Virus record (IMG/VR): IMGVR_UViG_3300032007_000014
Strand: one strand, 5' to 3'
Length of the DNA stretch: 64,000 bases
DNA from: a virus
Taxonomy: Duplodnaviria; Caudoviricetes
Each line of letters opens with the position of its first letter. Position 1 is the first letter of the stretch. The position numbers were made by a program, and so were the translations under genes. Below are positions 19,948-29,970 of this stretch, in pieces. The notes under the pieces are model-generated. The model had not been told where the DNA came from, made no database searches, and saw nothing but the letters and a program-made list of their open reading frames with translations.

Positions 19948-21135
19948 TTATCCAGCCGTTGTAAGAAGATACTGACCAAAGGTGGTCGGAGGATTGGTGA
20001 CATCCTTCATCCCTTTAAGGTTAGCACCTTCTTTGATCTTCGCTTGTTTCAACATGGTGTAAACCATGCGAGACATGATCTGCGATCCTGTGTTGATGAA
20101 CTGACAACCCTGTGAGAACTTCCTGAACCCATTGGAGATCTCAGTGAACATGCGTCTGTTCTGAGGATTGAAATCATTCTGCTTGATGTTGTCGAAGAAC
20201 TTCGACATTTTCTTGGAATTGTTCGAGAGAGCATTGGAATAGCTGTTGACACTTCCGAGCACATCAGCAGAGTTGTCGATACAAGCATCGAGAACTTTCG
20301 GATTGAAACCAAGTTCTTTGGTTGTCTTGTCAACTTTTCCAATCACATTGAAGTCAAACTTCAGATTGGAGATGCCGGTTTCATCAACATCGACGGTGAC
20401 GAGACCTTTCGGATTTGTGATGCCTTCGAATGCTTTTCCAAGAGCCACGACTGTGTTGATCGCCATGTCAAGTTTCTTCTGTGAATCTTCATCACCCTTG
20501 ATGGTGTTCACGAGATCTTTCGGATTGATCATGGACACATATCCACAGAACTTGAACAAGAACGGTTCGCACATCTTGTCAAACTTGACAATGACAGCAC
20601 CAAGTGCACCGAAATCTTTGAGTTCAAGTCCATCGTGAAGAACAATGGTTTCGAAATGTTTTTCATCGATGATCGATGCATCGTAGCTGACTTGTGCCTT
20701 CTTGAAAAGGTTCAGCATTCTCCGATTGGATGAGAACAGACCGAGAATCCAATCGAGAAGTTTCTTGAAGAACTCTTTGATTGTGTCAAGGAATCCTTCT
20801 GTTGCTGCTTCGATGGATGCATCGAGTTTATTCAGAACTGCGTCTTGGAGTTCAGCAGTACCGTACTTCTCAGGAGAAATATCGATACCGAATGACTCCA
20901 TAGAGGAAGTGAATGCATTGCTGAGTCCATTCAGTGATGCAACAACTGCTGCAGTCACACCGTACTCACCAATGGCTTCCTTTGCAATCAAACAGTCATT
21001 GATCACTTGAATCTGTTCATCCAAACGGTTCTGAAGTTCATTCAGTTCTTGTCCGTTCATGCTGAGAGATTCAAGTGAACTGATGATGTTCTGTTCTTCG
21101 AGGGACCCCCCCATCATCTCATTCTTGAATTTCAT
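19948..21135 (-). CDS. Internal head (inner-body/ejection) protein, phiKZ-like paralog family
   Basis: Acidic propeptide with SLE/SME/SIE/ATE protease sites followed by amphipathic GFLDTIKEFFKKLLDWI helix. Confidence 0.7.
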   Translation of the reverse strand: MKFKNEMMGGSLEEQNIISSLESLSMNGQELNELQNRLDEQIQVINDCLIAKEAIGEYGVTAAVVASLNGLSNAFTSSMESFGIDISPEKYGTAELQDAVLNKLDASIEAATEGFLDTIKEFFKKLLDWILGLFSSNRRMLNLFKKAQVSYDASIIDEKHFETIVLHDGLELKDFGALGAVIVKFDKMCEPFLFKFCGYVSMINPKDLVNTIKGDEDSQKKLDMAINTVVALGKAFEGITNPKGLVTVDVDETGISNLKFDFNVIGKVDKTTKELGFNPKVLDACIDNSADVLGSVNSYSNALSNNSKKMSKFFDNIKQNDFNPQNRRMFTEISNGFRKFSQGCQFINTGSQIMSRMVYTMLKQAKIKEGANLKGMKDVTNPPTTFGQYLLTTAG

Positions 21136-21214
21136 TTTGTGACAATTGCTTGTGTTTAATGGGATTAAAAAGTGAGATAGGACGAATTCCTATCTCACTT
21201 GTATAGTGTGTGAT

Positions 21215-23674
21215 TTAGTACTTCATACGAAGCTGAATGTTCCACTCAGCACATTCCGCTTGTGTTGCAACAGGGACAGATTTGCTTCCATATTCAGAAG
21301 CAGCAATGTCTCCTGTCATTCCAACAAGCAATGCAGCATTATCTGCAGAGATCACGACAGAGACTGTATCACCATTGTCATCATAGGTGAACTCTCTCCT
21401 GTAATACTTGTAAATGTTGCTGCTTGTGAGAGTAACATTCGCCTCCGCGTCAGCATCTGCGACTTTCACATACCACGTCAGTGGCAGATACAGACGAATG
21501 ACCTTGTATCCGTTGGATGTTGTTACACCAACTTGGACGTGACTCAAGAAACTTGATTCCGTATCGGATTTGTTGGAAACAATTGGATTGATGACAACAT
21601 CACCAATTCCATATCCATACGTGCTCTGAGCTGTGTTGCAGATCAAGAGTGCATCAATGGAAACGTTACCGATTGCCAGATTGTCGACAACATACTCGGG
21701 AAGTTGGAAGTCGATGTAGTTCGGACCACTTGTCTTACTGAAGCAGCATTTGCATGCAACTTCGCTCGTCAAGTAGGTGCGGTTGGCAAGAATCGGTGCG
21801 AAAATATCTTCTTTACCGATCTCTTTCCAGTCGCCCCAAACAACAGACTGATTTGTTCCATTGAACTCGTAGTACGTATCGCTTGGAATGGCTTCGCCTA
21901 TCAGTGCTGAGACATCGGCTTCTTCATAAGTTCCAGGAGTTGATCCTTCCGTGTAGTAGACAACACCTTCTTCGAAGGTTTCTGCAGAAGTCAGGACGTA
22001 TTCATCGGTGAACACGTTATTACCGATTCGTTGCAACACCGCACCAGAATCATCATCGATGTAAGTCTGATAATATCTGTACGGTATGTTCACGATGGCT
22101 TCTGCATCGATCTCAGAAGAAGTCTTGAGTTTCACGGATTGAACTGTGAGCTGTCCTTTACCGCACGGTGTCTTCCCATACATGCCGAGATAGCCCGCAG
22201 CATTGCCTGCACTGAGACGAACACTTTGTTCGTCATCATTGTTATCAGTGTAGACAAATGTCATCCCAAAATACTCGTTCGGAACAGCAGGCTTGAGATA
22301 GATGTGTCTGGAAGGAACATGTGCGGGCACGTGATTCAGATAGTAGATACCTTGTTCGGTCTCTGTGTCCAAATCCCTGATCTCGTAGATCGTCTCTTCA
22401 GACATCGGATCTTCCGGATCATAATTCGGATTCGATGTTCCAACTTTGTCACGGATCGCCATTTCTGGATAGATACCGACGTATTCCAGTACGGAATCTC
22501 CCAGATAGGGATGTGAGTGGATCATCGAGTACACGTCATCATGATCGTGATCGAGTGGTGAGTACAGTTCATCGTGCGTGTGAACAGCAGGTGCTGCACC
22601 CACATCCTGGTAGGTATGAGTGTGCACAACGGCTGCGAAGATAGAACGAAGAGGATTGACTGCAGAAGGTCCTGTGATGGACTCTGCATCCTCGTAATAC
22701 GTTCCAACGATCGCAGTACCAGCTGTGACAGTTGCTTCAGAGAATGTGTCTGTTGTATCGTCATACGTGTAGTACGTCTTACCTTCGACGAACTCAGCAT
22801 CCGATGTGATAGTTTTCACTGTCACATAGGAGTAACCGAAACACGAATAGACGGTGTCGTACAAACTCCTGAAGTAACTGTATGCAACAACGTGCTCGGA
22901 GTCTGCTGTTGCAGGAATGTTGGATGCAGTCACAACATGATCTCTATGGACAAACAATCCAGGGTGAGCCGATGCACTCGCATCATGGATCAACAATGAA
23001 TCATTTGTCAGAATGTCATCATGAGAGTGAACTTTGTCAGCATATCTCCCATCGTGGTTGTGACCAGCGTATTCCTGATAGAACGCGAGAATTCCTGCAG
23101 TTGTTGTGATCATGTTTGCGGCATTTGCAATCTCACCCTTGTAATCACTCGTGAGAGCATTCAAAGAGATGTACAGATCATTGTGATTGTGATTCAGATA
23201 TGCCGCATAAAATCCAGCAATCTGAGTCGCTGAAACGATTTTGTCAGTTCCAGTTGTCACAAGATCATCCACAATTGCAGATGCTTGCAAGTACTCAGTA
23301 TGTGAGTGAACAAGAGGTGCGTACAGTGTGTTGTGATTGTGTCCCAGATATGCCTGATACACATCATACACTGCTTTCTTAGATGCGACTTTATCCGAAT
23401 CTGTTGACACGTCGTAAGAAGTGTACGAATTCGTTACATCAGAAAGCTGGACGTAGTAATTCGCATGTGCGTTAGGATCCGCCATGTGAATAACAATGTC
23501 ACTTGAAGATGAGCCACCTCCACCACCAGTGATCAATTCACTTTTCAGGACATACTGCGGATGTGGATTGAGGGTGATGTTGTTCGCATCCGTTTCAACC
23601 ATATGGTCTTTCAATTCATAAGAAGTTGTAAGACCGGCTGGTTTCCTCTTACGAGAAAAAGAAAGAGTTGCCAT
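21215..23674 (-). CDS. Tail-fibre-like protein with many HxH motifs
   Basis: 819 aa; PHPQY, repeated HNH/HSH/HTH/HDH, ASKKAVYD repeat, WGDWKE knob-like end. Confidence 0.65.
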   Translation of the reverse strand: MATLSFSRKRKPAGLTTSYELKDHMVETDANNITLNPHPQYVLKSELITGGGGGSSSSDIVIHMADPNAHANYYVQLSDVTNSYTSYDVSTDSDKVASKKAVYDVYQAYLGHNHNTLYAPLVHSHTEYLQASAIVDDLVTTGTDKIVSATQIAGFYAAYLNHNHNDLYISLNALTSDYKGEIANAANMITTTAGILAFYQEYAGHNHDGRYADKVHSHDDILTNDSLLIHDASASAHPGLFVHRDHVVTASNIPATADSEHVVAYSYFRSLYDTVYSCFGYSYVTVKTITSDAEFVEGKTYYTYDDTTDTFSEATVTAGTAIVGTYYEDAESITGPSAVNPLRSIFAAVVHTHTYQDVGAAPAVHTHDELYSPLDHDHDDVYSMIHSHPYLGDSVLEYVGIYPEMAIRDKVGTSNPNYDPEDPMSEETIYEIRDLDTETEQGIYYLNHVPAHVPSRHIYLKPAVPNEYFGMTFVYTDNNDDEQSVRLSAGNAAGYLGMYGKTPCGKGQLTVQSVKLKTSSEIDAEAIVNIPYRYYQTYIDDDSGAVLQRIGNNVFTDEYVLTSAETFEEGVVYYTEGSTPGTYEEADVSALIGEAIPSDTYYEFNGTNQSVVWGDWKEIGKEDIFAPILANRTYLTSEVACKCCFSKTSGPNYIDFQLPEYVVDNLAIGNVSIDALLICNTAQSTYGYGIGDVVINPIVSNKSDTESSFLSHVQVGVTTSNGYKVIRLYLPLTWYVKVADADAEANVTLTSSNIYKYYRREFTYDDNGDTVSVVISADNAALLVGMTGDIAASEYGSKSVPVATQAECAEWNIQLRMKY

Positions 23675-23696
23675 GTTCTAACTCCTTAATGAATGA

Positions 23697-26270
23697 TTAA
23701 CCAACGCAGATCATGTACCATGAAGAACCATCGGATTCTAGTGGTATGTAAGTCACGTTGCTGTTTGTAAGGGTTGCAGCGTAACTGTACGAACCCCACA
23801 CGATGTTTACAGTTCCTGCACCGTGAACTTCGACATTCACTCGACATCCATCCATGACGGATGTTGGTGCCGGAAGTGTAACGGTGATAGTTCCAGATGC
23901 GTTCGTGCACTTGATGGTCGGTTCACAGTATTTGAGATATCCTTGTATGGTAGCCGCAGTGACATTTGAAGCTGTCTGGAACGTACGTTTTGTTTTCGCA
24001 AAACGAGTCCACGCGTACCATGTGGTTGATCCGTATCTTGTACGATACCACATGTTGTTGTAGCTATCCTTGCTGATCAGGATCTGCACGAGAACTGTGT
24101 CATTCTGTCCGCCTGCTGCAGTTGCTGATCCAGAAATTGTTGATTCTGTTATAACAATGACAGTAGACCGCTGAGCAACACCACCACCATCCTGAATCGG
24201 ACCATGGGTGCATGATTGTACATCATAGATACCAGTGGTGGTGAGCGTGTCCAAATCAACGGCATTGTTTCCATTGTTTCTTGCAGCACCGTACAAAAGA
24301 CCTTTTGCCTGCAATGCAGATGCCAACTTATTCAATGCATTGATTGATGGAGCACGATTGATTATTCCAGTCATGCCGACATAATTGGAGCCATTTGAAG
24401 CAGTGAGTTGTATAGCGTGTTCTCCATTTGTGTCGGTATAGTAGAAGACTTCTCCATAATAACTGGAAATATTCGAACTCGTGAGAGTCACGTAGCTGTG
24501 GTAACTCTGAATGAGTTCTCGTTTGAGCATATACTGCTTATGGACATCATTGCTTCCATATGCATTTTGCGAAATATGTCCATTTGCATAGACGTACAGA
24601 TCGTAAACTGCTTTTGCAGAAGCAATCTTGCCATTTGCATTGGAACCAGAAGCAGGTAATGTTGTGGTTGCAGCATCGTATGAAGTGCTGTATGTGTTAA
24701 CCACCTGACTCCATGGGATATACTGACGATGCGCTGCATCGTGAGTGTTAGCAGTCCATGTTTTTGAAGTGGAACTTCCGGTGTGATCAGTCAGTCTTGT
24801 ATTGACTGCATTAAAGTTCGGCAATGTGTAGCTGTTGTACAGATCGTACACTGCTTTCGCTGATGCAACTTCACCGTAATACGTGGTGCGAATATTCGCA
24901 TCACTCGGTGTAGACGGTTCACTCTTCGCAACGTCGTACGTGTTGACAACTTTGCTCCACTGCACGTACTGCGGGTGTGCGAAGTCACTTCTGTTTGCAG
25001 TCCATGTCTGTTTCGTTGCACTTCCAGTGTGATCCGATACGAGATCAATGATGAAGTTGTCACGTTGATCAACGTATATTTCCAGATCAACAACTGCTTT
25101 GGTAGAAGCAGGCGTGTCCTTCATTTCCTTCAGGTGAACAGAAGTACTCCACCTGCCACCTTGACTGTCAAGTGCTGATTTGTCGTGCCAACTGGCGTTC
25201 AGTTCATCATCCCTGAGATACATTGCGTGTTCATCAGGAGTGAATGTTACTGTAACACTCGATGCTACTGGTCCAGCAAAGGTGACGACATCACCAGCAT
25301 TGACTGCACGGATCTTCGCGCCATTGTTGACAGAATTGACACGTAGTGCACCACTAAGATAATTCCCATTCGCATCCTTGGCGTAGATGTATCCAGCTTG
25401 AGGAACAACATAGGAACCATTTGATCTGATGACACTTGCAACATTGGTCTGATCAGCAAGTCTGTGCTCTGCGAGTTGCAGTTGCAATGCACTGATCACT
25501 CCATCGTAATTCTGGAGCGTATCCATCTTCCATTCATAGATGGGATTTGCTGTGGTTGATCCTTCAGCATCCACGATCTCGAACAGATAGATCATTCCAC
25601 CAATGTAGTTGCCATTGATGTCAATGTCAGGTGCTGTCTGTTGTTCATAGGTGTCTGCACCAGATTTGAACAAGACTTTACCATGACCTCCCCATTGTTC
25701 CAGTCCGATCTTCGTTCCAAGACTGTATTGACTTGGATTCGGCAACTCCAGTTGGTAGTCACCGAATGACTCATACATGGTGTTGGGAAGAGCATATTTG
25801 TAATTGGCATCTGAGTTGGATGATACGATATTGCGATCGATGATCTTTCTGATCATGTTACCACCAAGGGTGTTCCAAGGTGACCATGTGATCGTACCAC
25901 CAGCTGTTGCTGAATATCCAACACGAGTGTAAGGTGTTGGATCGTTGACATTGTCTGGGTACACGATCTGTCTGATACGAGGTATTGCAGAAGATTCCTG
26001 ATTGACCGCATGGTATACAGACATGACGTGGATGTAACCAGTTGGATCCGATATCGGAGGTCCATTCACGATCGTGCTATCAACACGACGAAAACATGCT
26101 TCTGTGATGCTGTTGAGATCTGTGTTACTCGCAAGTGGTTCACCTTTGAACAGGTTACCCATGGCATACATGGTGACGCCAGTCTTTTGCTTCGTAAGAT
26201 TATCAGCATTCATCACATGCACATCATCACTCATGTTGGTCACGAGAGGTGATTTCATGGATTGATTCAT
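23697..26270 (-). CDS. Tail fibre protein
   Basis: 857 aa; AHPQY/AHRQY and ASAKAVYDLY repeats; two knob-like modules (DLNSIT...WSPW; DLDTLTTTGIY...WYRTR...WYAW). Confidence 0.7.
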   Translation of the reverse strand: MNQSMKSPLVTNMSDDVHVMNADNLTKQKTGVTMYAMGNLFKGEPLASNTDLNSITEACFRRVDSTIVNGPPISDPTGYIHVMSVYHAVNQESSAIPRIRQIVYPDNVNDPTPYTRVGYSATAGGTITWSPWNTLGGNMIRKIIDRNIVSSNSDANYKYALPNTMYESFGDYQLELPNPSQYSLGTKIGLEQWGGHGKVLFKSGADTYEQQTAPDIDINGNYIGGMIYLFEIVDAEGSTTANPIYEWKMDTLQNYDGVISALQLQLAEHRLADQTNVASVIRSNGSYVVPQAGYIYAKDANGNYLSGALRVNSVNNGAKIRAVNAGDVVTFAGPVASSVTVTFTPDEHAMYLRDDELNASWHDKSALDSQGGRWSTSVHLKEMKDTPASTKAVVDLEIYVDQRDNFIIDLVSDHTGSATKQTWTANRSDFAHPQYVQWSKVVNTYDVAKSEPSTPSDANIRTTYYGEVASAKAVYDLYNSYTLPNFNAVNTRLTDHTGSSTSKTWTANTHDAAHRQYIPWSQVVNTYSTSYDAATTTLPASGSNANGKIASAKAVYDLYVYANGHISQNAYGSNDVHKQYMLKRELIQSYHSYVTLTSSNISSYYGEVFYYTDTNGEHAIQLTASNGSNYVGMTGIINRAPSINALNKLASALQAKGLLYGAARNNGNNAVDLDTLTTTGIYDVQSCTHGPIQDGGGVAQRSTVIVITESTISGSATAAGGQNDTVLVQILISKDSYNNMWYRTRYGSTTWYAWTRFAKTKRTFQTASNVTAATIQGYLKYCEPTIKCTNASGTITVTLPAPTSVMDGCRVNVEVHGAGTVNIVWGSYSYAATLTNSNVTYIPLESDGSSWYMICVG

Positions 26271-26402
26271 TACTGGTTCTCCTTACATTATAAGGGTATT
26301 ATAGTGGTTTAAACTAGTCATAGATATGGTCGGAAGTGCCTTGTTGAAGGGAGAACAGAGTACCAAAGAGGTACTCTGTTCTCATGAGAATTTGGAACTT
26401 TA

Positions 26403-26430
26403 TCAACATAACTATTCATAGTTATGTTGA
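26403..26430. promoter_or_regulatory. Palindrome copy 1 TCAACATAACTAT-tc-ATAGTTATGTTGA
   Basis: Perfect 13-bp arms, 37 nt upstream of ATG 26468. Confidence 0.6.
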
Positions 26431-26467
26431 AAATTCACAACCAAGAATAACAAGGAGATATCACAAC

Positions 26468-27124
26468 ATGGCATTCCCAACTAAAGTAATTCCATTCTCG
26501 GAAGCATGTGTCACCTGGTTAAATCAGACATATGCACCAAAAATACATGAACATGATCAGTATATGCTGAGAACTGAGAACGCTGGAGGACACGAACCAG
26601 ATTGGGATCATACACTTGTGTTAGAAGGTCCAACTACTTGGAATGCTTATCACAAGACAAATAAAGTATATAAAATCAATGCACCTGGATTCATATTTGT
26701 GACCTTCACAACAAGTCAATTGGATAATGATGACTATCTTGTTTTACTTGCAAGCAAGGAAGATTATCTATATGCTGATGGTACTTATACAGCATGTCAA
26801 AATCATGCTGTAGAATATATGTCCACCACTAGTAATGGTTACGGTCACTCAGCTCAATTTGTACATATCACACCAGGTACATCAACTTACATGAGAATCG
26901 CAGTTGATTCTCCTCCAAATGGAAGACACACTCTATTGTTCATTCCAGATAAAGGATTGACAACACTGCAGTTGAGTGGATGTATTACTTCTATAGATAC
27001 ATCCACATATGACGGAAATAGGGTATTCAGTCGTTTTGATTATAATCCTAGATCAACGTTAAATCAAATCAAAACAAATCTTTTATCGATATTTGCGGGT
27101 GATTGGAGAACAAATTTTGCATGA
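26468..27124 (+). CDS. Putative tail-associated protein, paralog A
   Basis: Start MAFPTKV with SD AAGGAG; HEHDQY motif; similar to the 28710 gene. Confidence 0.55.
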   Translation: MAFPTKVIPFSEACVTWLNQTYAPKIHEHDQYMLRTENAGGHEPDWDHTLVLEGPTTWNAYHKTNKVYKINAPGFIFVTFTTSQLDNDDYLVLLASKEDYLYADGTYTACQNHAVEYMSTTSNGYGHSAQFVHITPGTSTYMRIAVDSPPNGRHTLLFIPDKGLTTLQLSGCITSIDTSTYDGNRVFSRFDYNPRSTLNQIKTNLLSIFAGDWRTNFA

Positions 27125-27179
27125 CTTGTGATAACAACCTCATGGGAGTCGTGCGCTCCCATGAGGTAAAATTCACCAA

Positions 27180-27206
27180 TCAACATTGCTATGATAGCAA
27201 TGTTGA
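27180..27206. promoter_or_regulatory. Palindrome copy 2 TCAACATTGCTAT-g-ATAGCAATGTTGA
   Basis: Perfect 13-bp arms, 23 nt upstream of ATG 27230. Confidence 0.6.
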
Positions 27207-27229
27207 ACATAATTGAAAGGGTTGTTATC

Positions 27230-27655
27230 ATGGCAACGTCAGTATCTATGTTGGAAACAAAGTTGAGTCGAGCAACTACAAGATGGATCCTGAACAAATT
27301 TACTTACAATGGAAGCAATGATAATGGATGTTTCAGAATATGTCTTGATGGCTATACTGAACAATGGGGAACTGGAACATCTAACAATGTCACATTCCCT
27401 AAACCATTTCGAGATAATGAACATGTGCATGTTGATGTAACCAGTATATCAAATGACAATTTGATATTTTCAGTACATCATGTTACGAGTACTGGATTCC
27501 AAGTTGATGCAATTAAGATACTTAATTCAATTCCAGTCTCTCTTGCCAATGTTGAAAGTTTTGCATTCATGTGGAAAGCAATTGGATATACGTCAATAGA
27601 CAATCCTGATGGAAATGTATTAGAATCACAAGAAGATACGAGAGGTCCACAATAG
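27230..27655 (+). CDS. Stand-alone tail-fibre C-terminal (gp53/H-lectin-like) domain protein
   Basis: EQWG...VTFPKPF...TSTGF...WKAIGY pattern typical of fibre tip domains. Confidence 0.6.
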   Translation: MATSVSMLETKLSRATTRWILNKFTYNGSNDNGCFRICLDGYTEQWGTGTSNNVTFPKPFRDNEHVHVDVTSISNDNLIFSVHHVTSTGFQVDAIKILNSIPVSLANVESFAFMWKAIGYTSIDNPDGNVLESQEDTRGPQ

Positions 27656-27671
27656 GACCTCTCGTATCTTC
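27632..27671. terminator. Bidirectional hairpin between convergent genes
   Basis: GAAGATACGAGAGGTCC...GGACCTCTCGTATCTTC, 17-bp stem. Confidence 0.65.
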
Positions 27672-27684
27672 AATCTATCTCTAA

Positions 27685-28710
27685 TCAATATGCTACATTT
27701 GCAGATGCAGTTGGTTGAACAAAAGTTGTCGTCAAGTTGTATGACGCACTTATACGAGCTGAGTTCACTATCCAAGCTATACCATCAGGAGGATCAGCTT
27801 GACCAGTTCCTCTTGGGTCACTCCAATAATAAACAGAGTGATCGCTGTACAAACATATTCTCCAAATTCCATCATACTTGCACATAATGTAATTGGTTCC
27901 ATTGTAGAACCACATTCGGTTGTCTCCAGTTGCTACTGGATCCATCATGTGCAATCGATAACCATTTGACCAATTTCCTGATGTCAAGTATGTTATCTTT
28001 GGTCGAAGTATGTTAGTTTCTTTCAACGTCGTGCCATTGAAATTGTCAGTCCAATCACCTCCAAATATACTACTTCCAAGAGATAAGAGTGATCCAAGTC
28101 CACTGCTGTTGTGAGATGAAATCTGATTCTCACCTCTAGCAACTCTGGTGAAATACGAAGCTTTCGGAATACTTGTTGACAATCCTTTCATCGGGACGAA
28201 CATTAGTTTCATATATGTTGATGGAGTTGACGCATCACATACTCTGAGATATGTTGATGTTCCTGGTAGGATAGGGAATGCGCAATTTGTATACCATTCT
28301 CCATCTACAGTACCATACAGTTTACATCTCTTGTTTGCATAGTGAGGTCTCGTGTAACTTCCAAAATTACTAGCTTGTTGTTGATGACGTACCAAGTATC
28401 CTGGGTGACTTGCAACCAGATACCACCAGTCTATCTCGTCAGCGTATCCATCATAGGTACTTTCAGTCTATAGATATCCAGGAACATTTATCTTGTAAAT
28501 AGTTCCTGGATTGGCCGCCCAGCTTCCATCAGTTGTTTCCATGAACACCATCCTCGTGAAATCAGGCATGCTTGCTGATGGATCAAACAGACCAGTGATG
28601 TCACTCGCTTTCAAGTATTCCGAATGACTGTGATTCTTCAATGCATATGTCTGGTTTAGCCAGTTCTTGCATGCTTGTGAAAGAGGAATAACTTTTGTTG
28701 GAAAAGACAT
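27685..28710 (-). pseudogene. Tail-associated paralog C interrupted by one in-frame TAG at 28468-28470 (pseudogene or readthrough)
   Basis: ORFs 28468-28710 and 27685-28395 share a frame (...PGYL*TESTYDGYADEIDWWYLVASHPGYLVRHQ...); both halves resemble paralog A (YKINxPG; PGTSTYxR; SIFxGDWxxNF). Confidence 0.7.
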
Positions 28711-28747
28711 GATGTGTCAACTCCTGTTTTCATAGTTTTCTGTAAAT

Positions 28748-28775
28748 TCAACATTACTATGAATAGTAATGTTGA
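28748..28775. promoter_or_regulatory. Palindrome copy 3 TCAACATTACTAT-ga-ATAGTAATGTTGA
   Basis: Perfect 13-bp arms, 37 nt upstream of ATG 28710 on the minus strand. Confidence 0.6.
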
Positions 28776-28843
28776 CACATCTGTAAAATAAAATCAAGGA
28801 TCTACCTTGCCTAATAAGCAAGGTAGATCCTGTAGAATATGTT

Positions 28844-29233
28844 ATGTACAGGCCAAATTCAAGGCATGTACAAGAGTACATCAGATCATCCAACAATTCA
28901 ATTTCAATATCAAGGAGTAATCAAATGGAACGACTCAACTGTTTGTTTCCAGGTGTGGACTTTGTCCAGTACATCGAACCTGATCTTTCAGAAACCACTG
29001 TTGATGGTGGTACCACGATCATTTACGATCGTTTCACAGAAGGTCTTGGTCTCAATCCAGAAACAGGTGCAATGGATGTGGAAGTACCTGTGTACATCCG
29101 CAAGACAACCATCATTGTTGAAGGAAACGTCACAACCATTCGGAAACAAAAGACGTACGCAAAATGGAGTGAGCGTGAAACAGCCACATACGTGGGTGTG
29201 AACAACGAACTGAAAAAATATTCTGTTCGTTAA
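28844..29233 (+). CDS. Hypothetical protein
   Basis: 129-aa ORF (true start may be an internal Met after SD AAGGAG). Confidence 0.5.
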   Translation: MYRPNSRHVQEYIRSSNNSISISRSNQMERLNCLFPGVDFVQYIEPDLSETTVDGGTTIIYDRFTEGLGLNPETGAMDVEVPVYIRKTTIIVEGNVTTIRKQKTYAKWSERETATYVGVNNELKKYSVR

Positions 29234-29282
29234 CTCCATTCCACGGTTCTGGTGTACACTGAGCCGTTTCTACATAAATCAT

Positions 29283-29320
29283 GTTGAAGGGGAGAGCGGA
29301 TATCCGCTCTCCCCTTCAAC
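29283..29320. terminator. Bidirectional hairpin
   Basis: GTTGAAGGGGAGAGCGGATATCCGCTCTCCCCTTCAAC, a perfect palindrome between convergent genes. Confidence 0.7.
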
Positions 29321-29332
29321 GCTTATTGATTG

Positions 29333-29920
29333 TCATCTGGACAGCCAGTCGAACAAAGAGGTGATGAGTTCCTGCACTGAACCAACACGCAGAACAAGTG
29401 CCAACGCCATACCAACAACTGTAACGATGACTCCAAGTTTCCAATGATACTTAGATTGTACATCGTCGTGCTCTTTAAGGGCATTCAGTTCTTTCGCCAC
29501 ATTCTTCTTCAATGTATTGACTTCACCAGATACTTGATTGACCTGATCTTTCAATTGCTTTTCAGATGTATCAATCTCTTTCTTAATGGTGTCAACATGA
29601 TTGAGTGCAGAAAGATATTCGTGATTGTGGTTGAGAGCGAATGATTCGCATTCAGCAATACGATCATTGAGTATTGATATATTGTCGACGATTGCCCTGA
29701 GATGTGCGATGTTGGTGACCAACACATCGGAGATACGTTCAACTCTGGATTCAACTGCAGCTTGATGATCTTTCAAAGCTACCTTTAAATCAGAGAGTTC
29801 AGTGGAGTACTTTTTGTACTCCTCTGATACCGCATCTAACAGTTGTTTATAACTGTTGAGTTCGTTTCTGAGTCCTTCTATTGCCGCTGTCCACTTTTCA
29901 TCATTGATAGATGAATCCAT
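29333..29920 (-). CDS. Coiled-coil protein with C-terminal transmembrane segment (possible lysis/membrane protein)
   Basis: Heptad-rich 160 aa then LGVIVTVVGMALALVL. Confidence 0.5.
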   Translation of the reverse strand: MDSSINDEKWTAAIEGLRNELNSYKQLLDAVSEEYKKYSTELSDLKVALKDHQAAVESRVERISDVLVTNIAHLRAIVDNISILNDRIAECESFALNHNHEYLSALNHVDTIKKEIDTSEKQLKDQVNQVSGEVNTLKKNVAKELNALKEHDDVQSKYHWKLGVIVTVVGMALALVLRVGSVQELITSLFDWLSR

Positions 29921-29970
29921 GATAGGATATCTCCATTGATTAAAAGTTGCTATCAGCGATCAATCGCACA

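Noticed and set aside
28468-28470. Genome-wide TAG recoding
   Set aside because: All other long genes are open in the standard code, only one in-frame TAG was found, and no CUA tRNA is present in the window
26351-28832. CRISPR array or diversity-generating retroelement
   Set aside because: The repeats are separated by whole genes, there is no reverse transcriptase, and no adenine-specific TR/VR pair was seen
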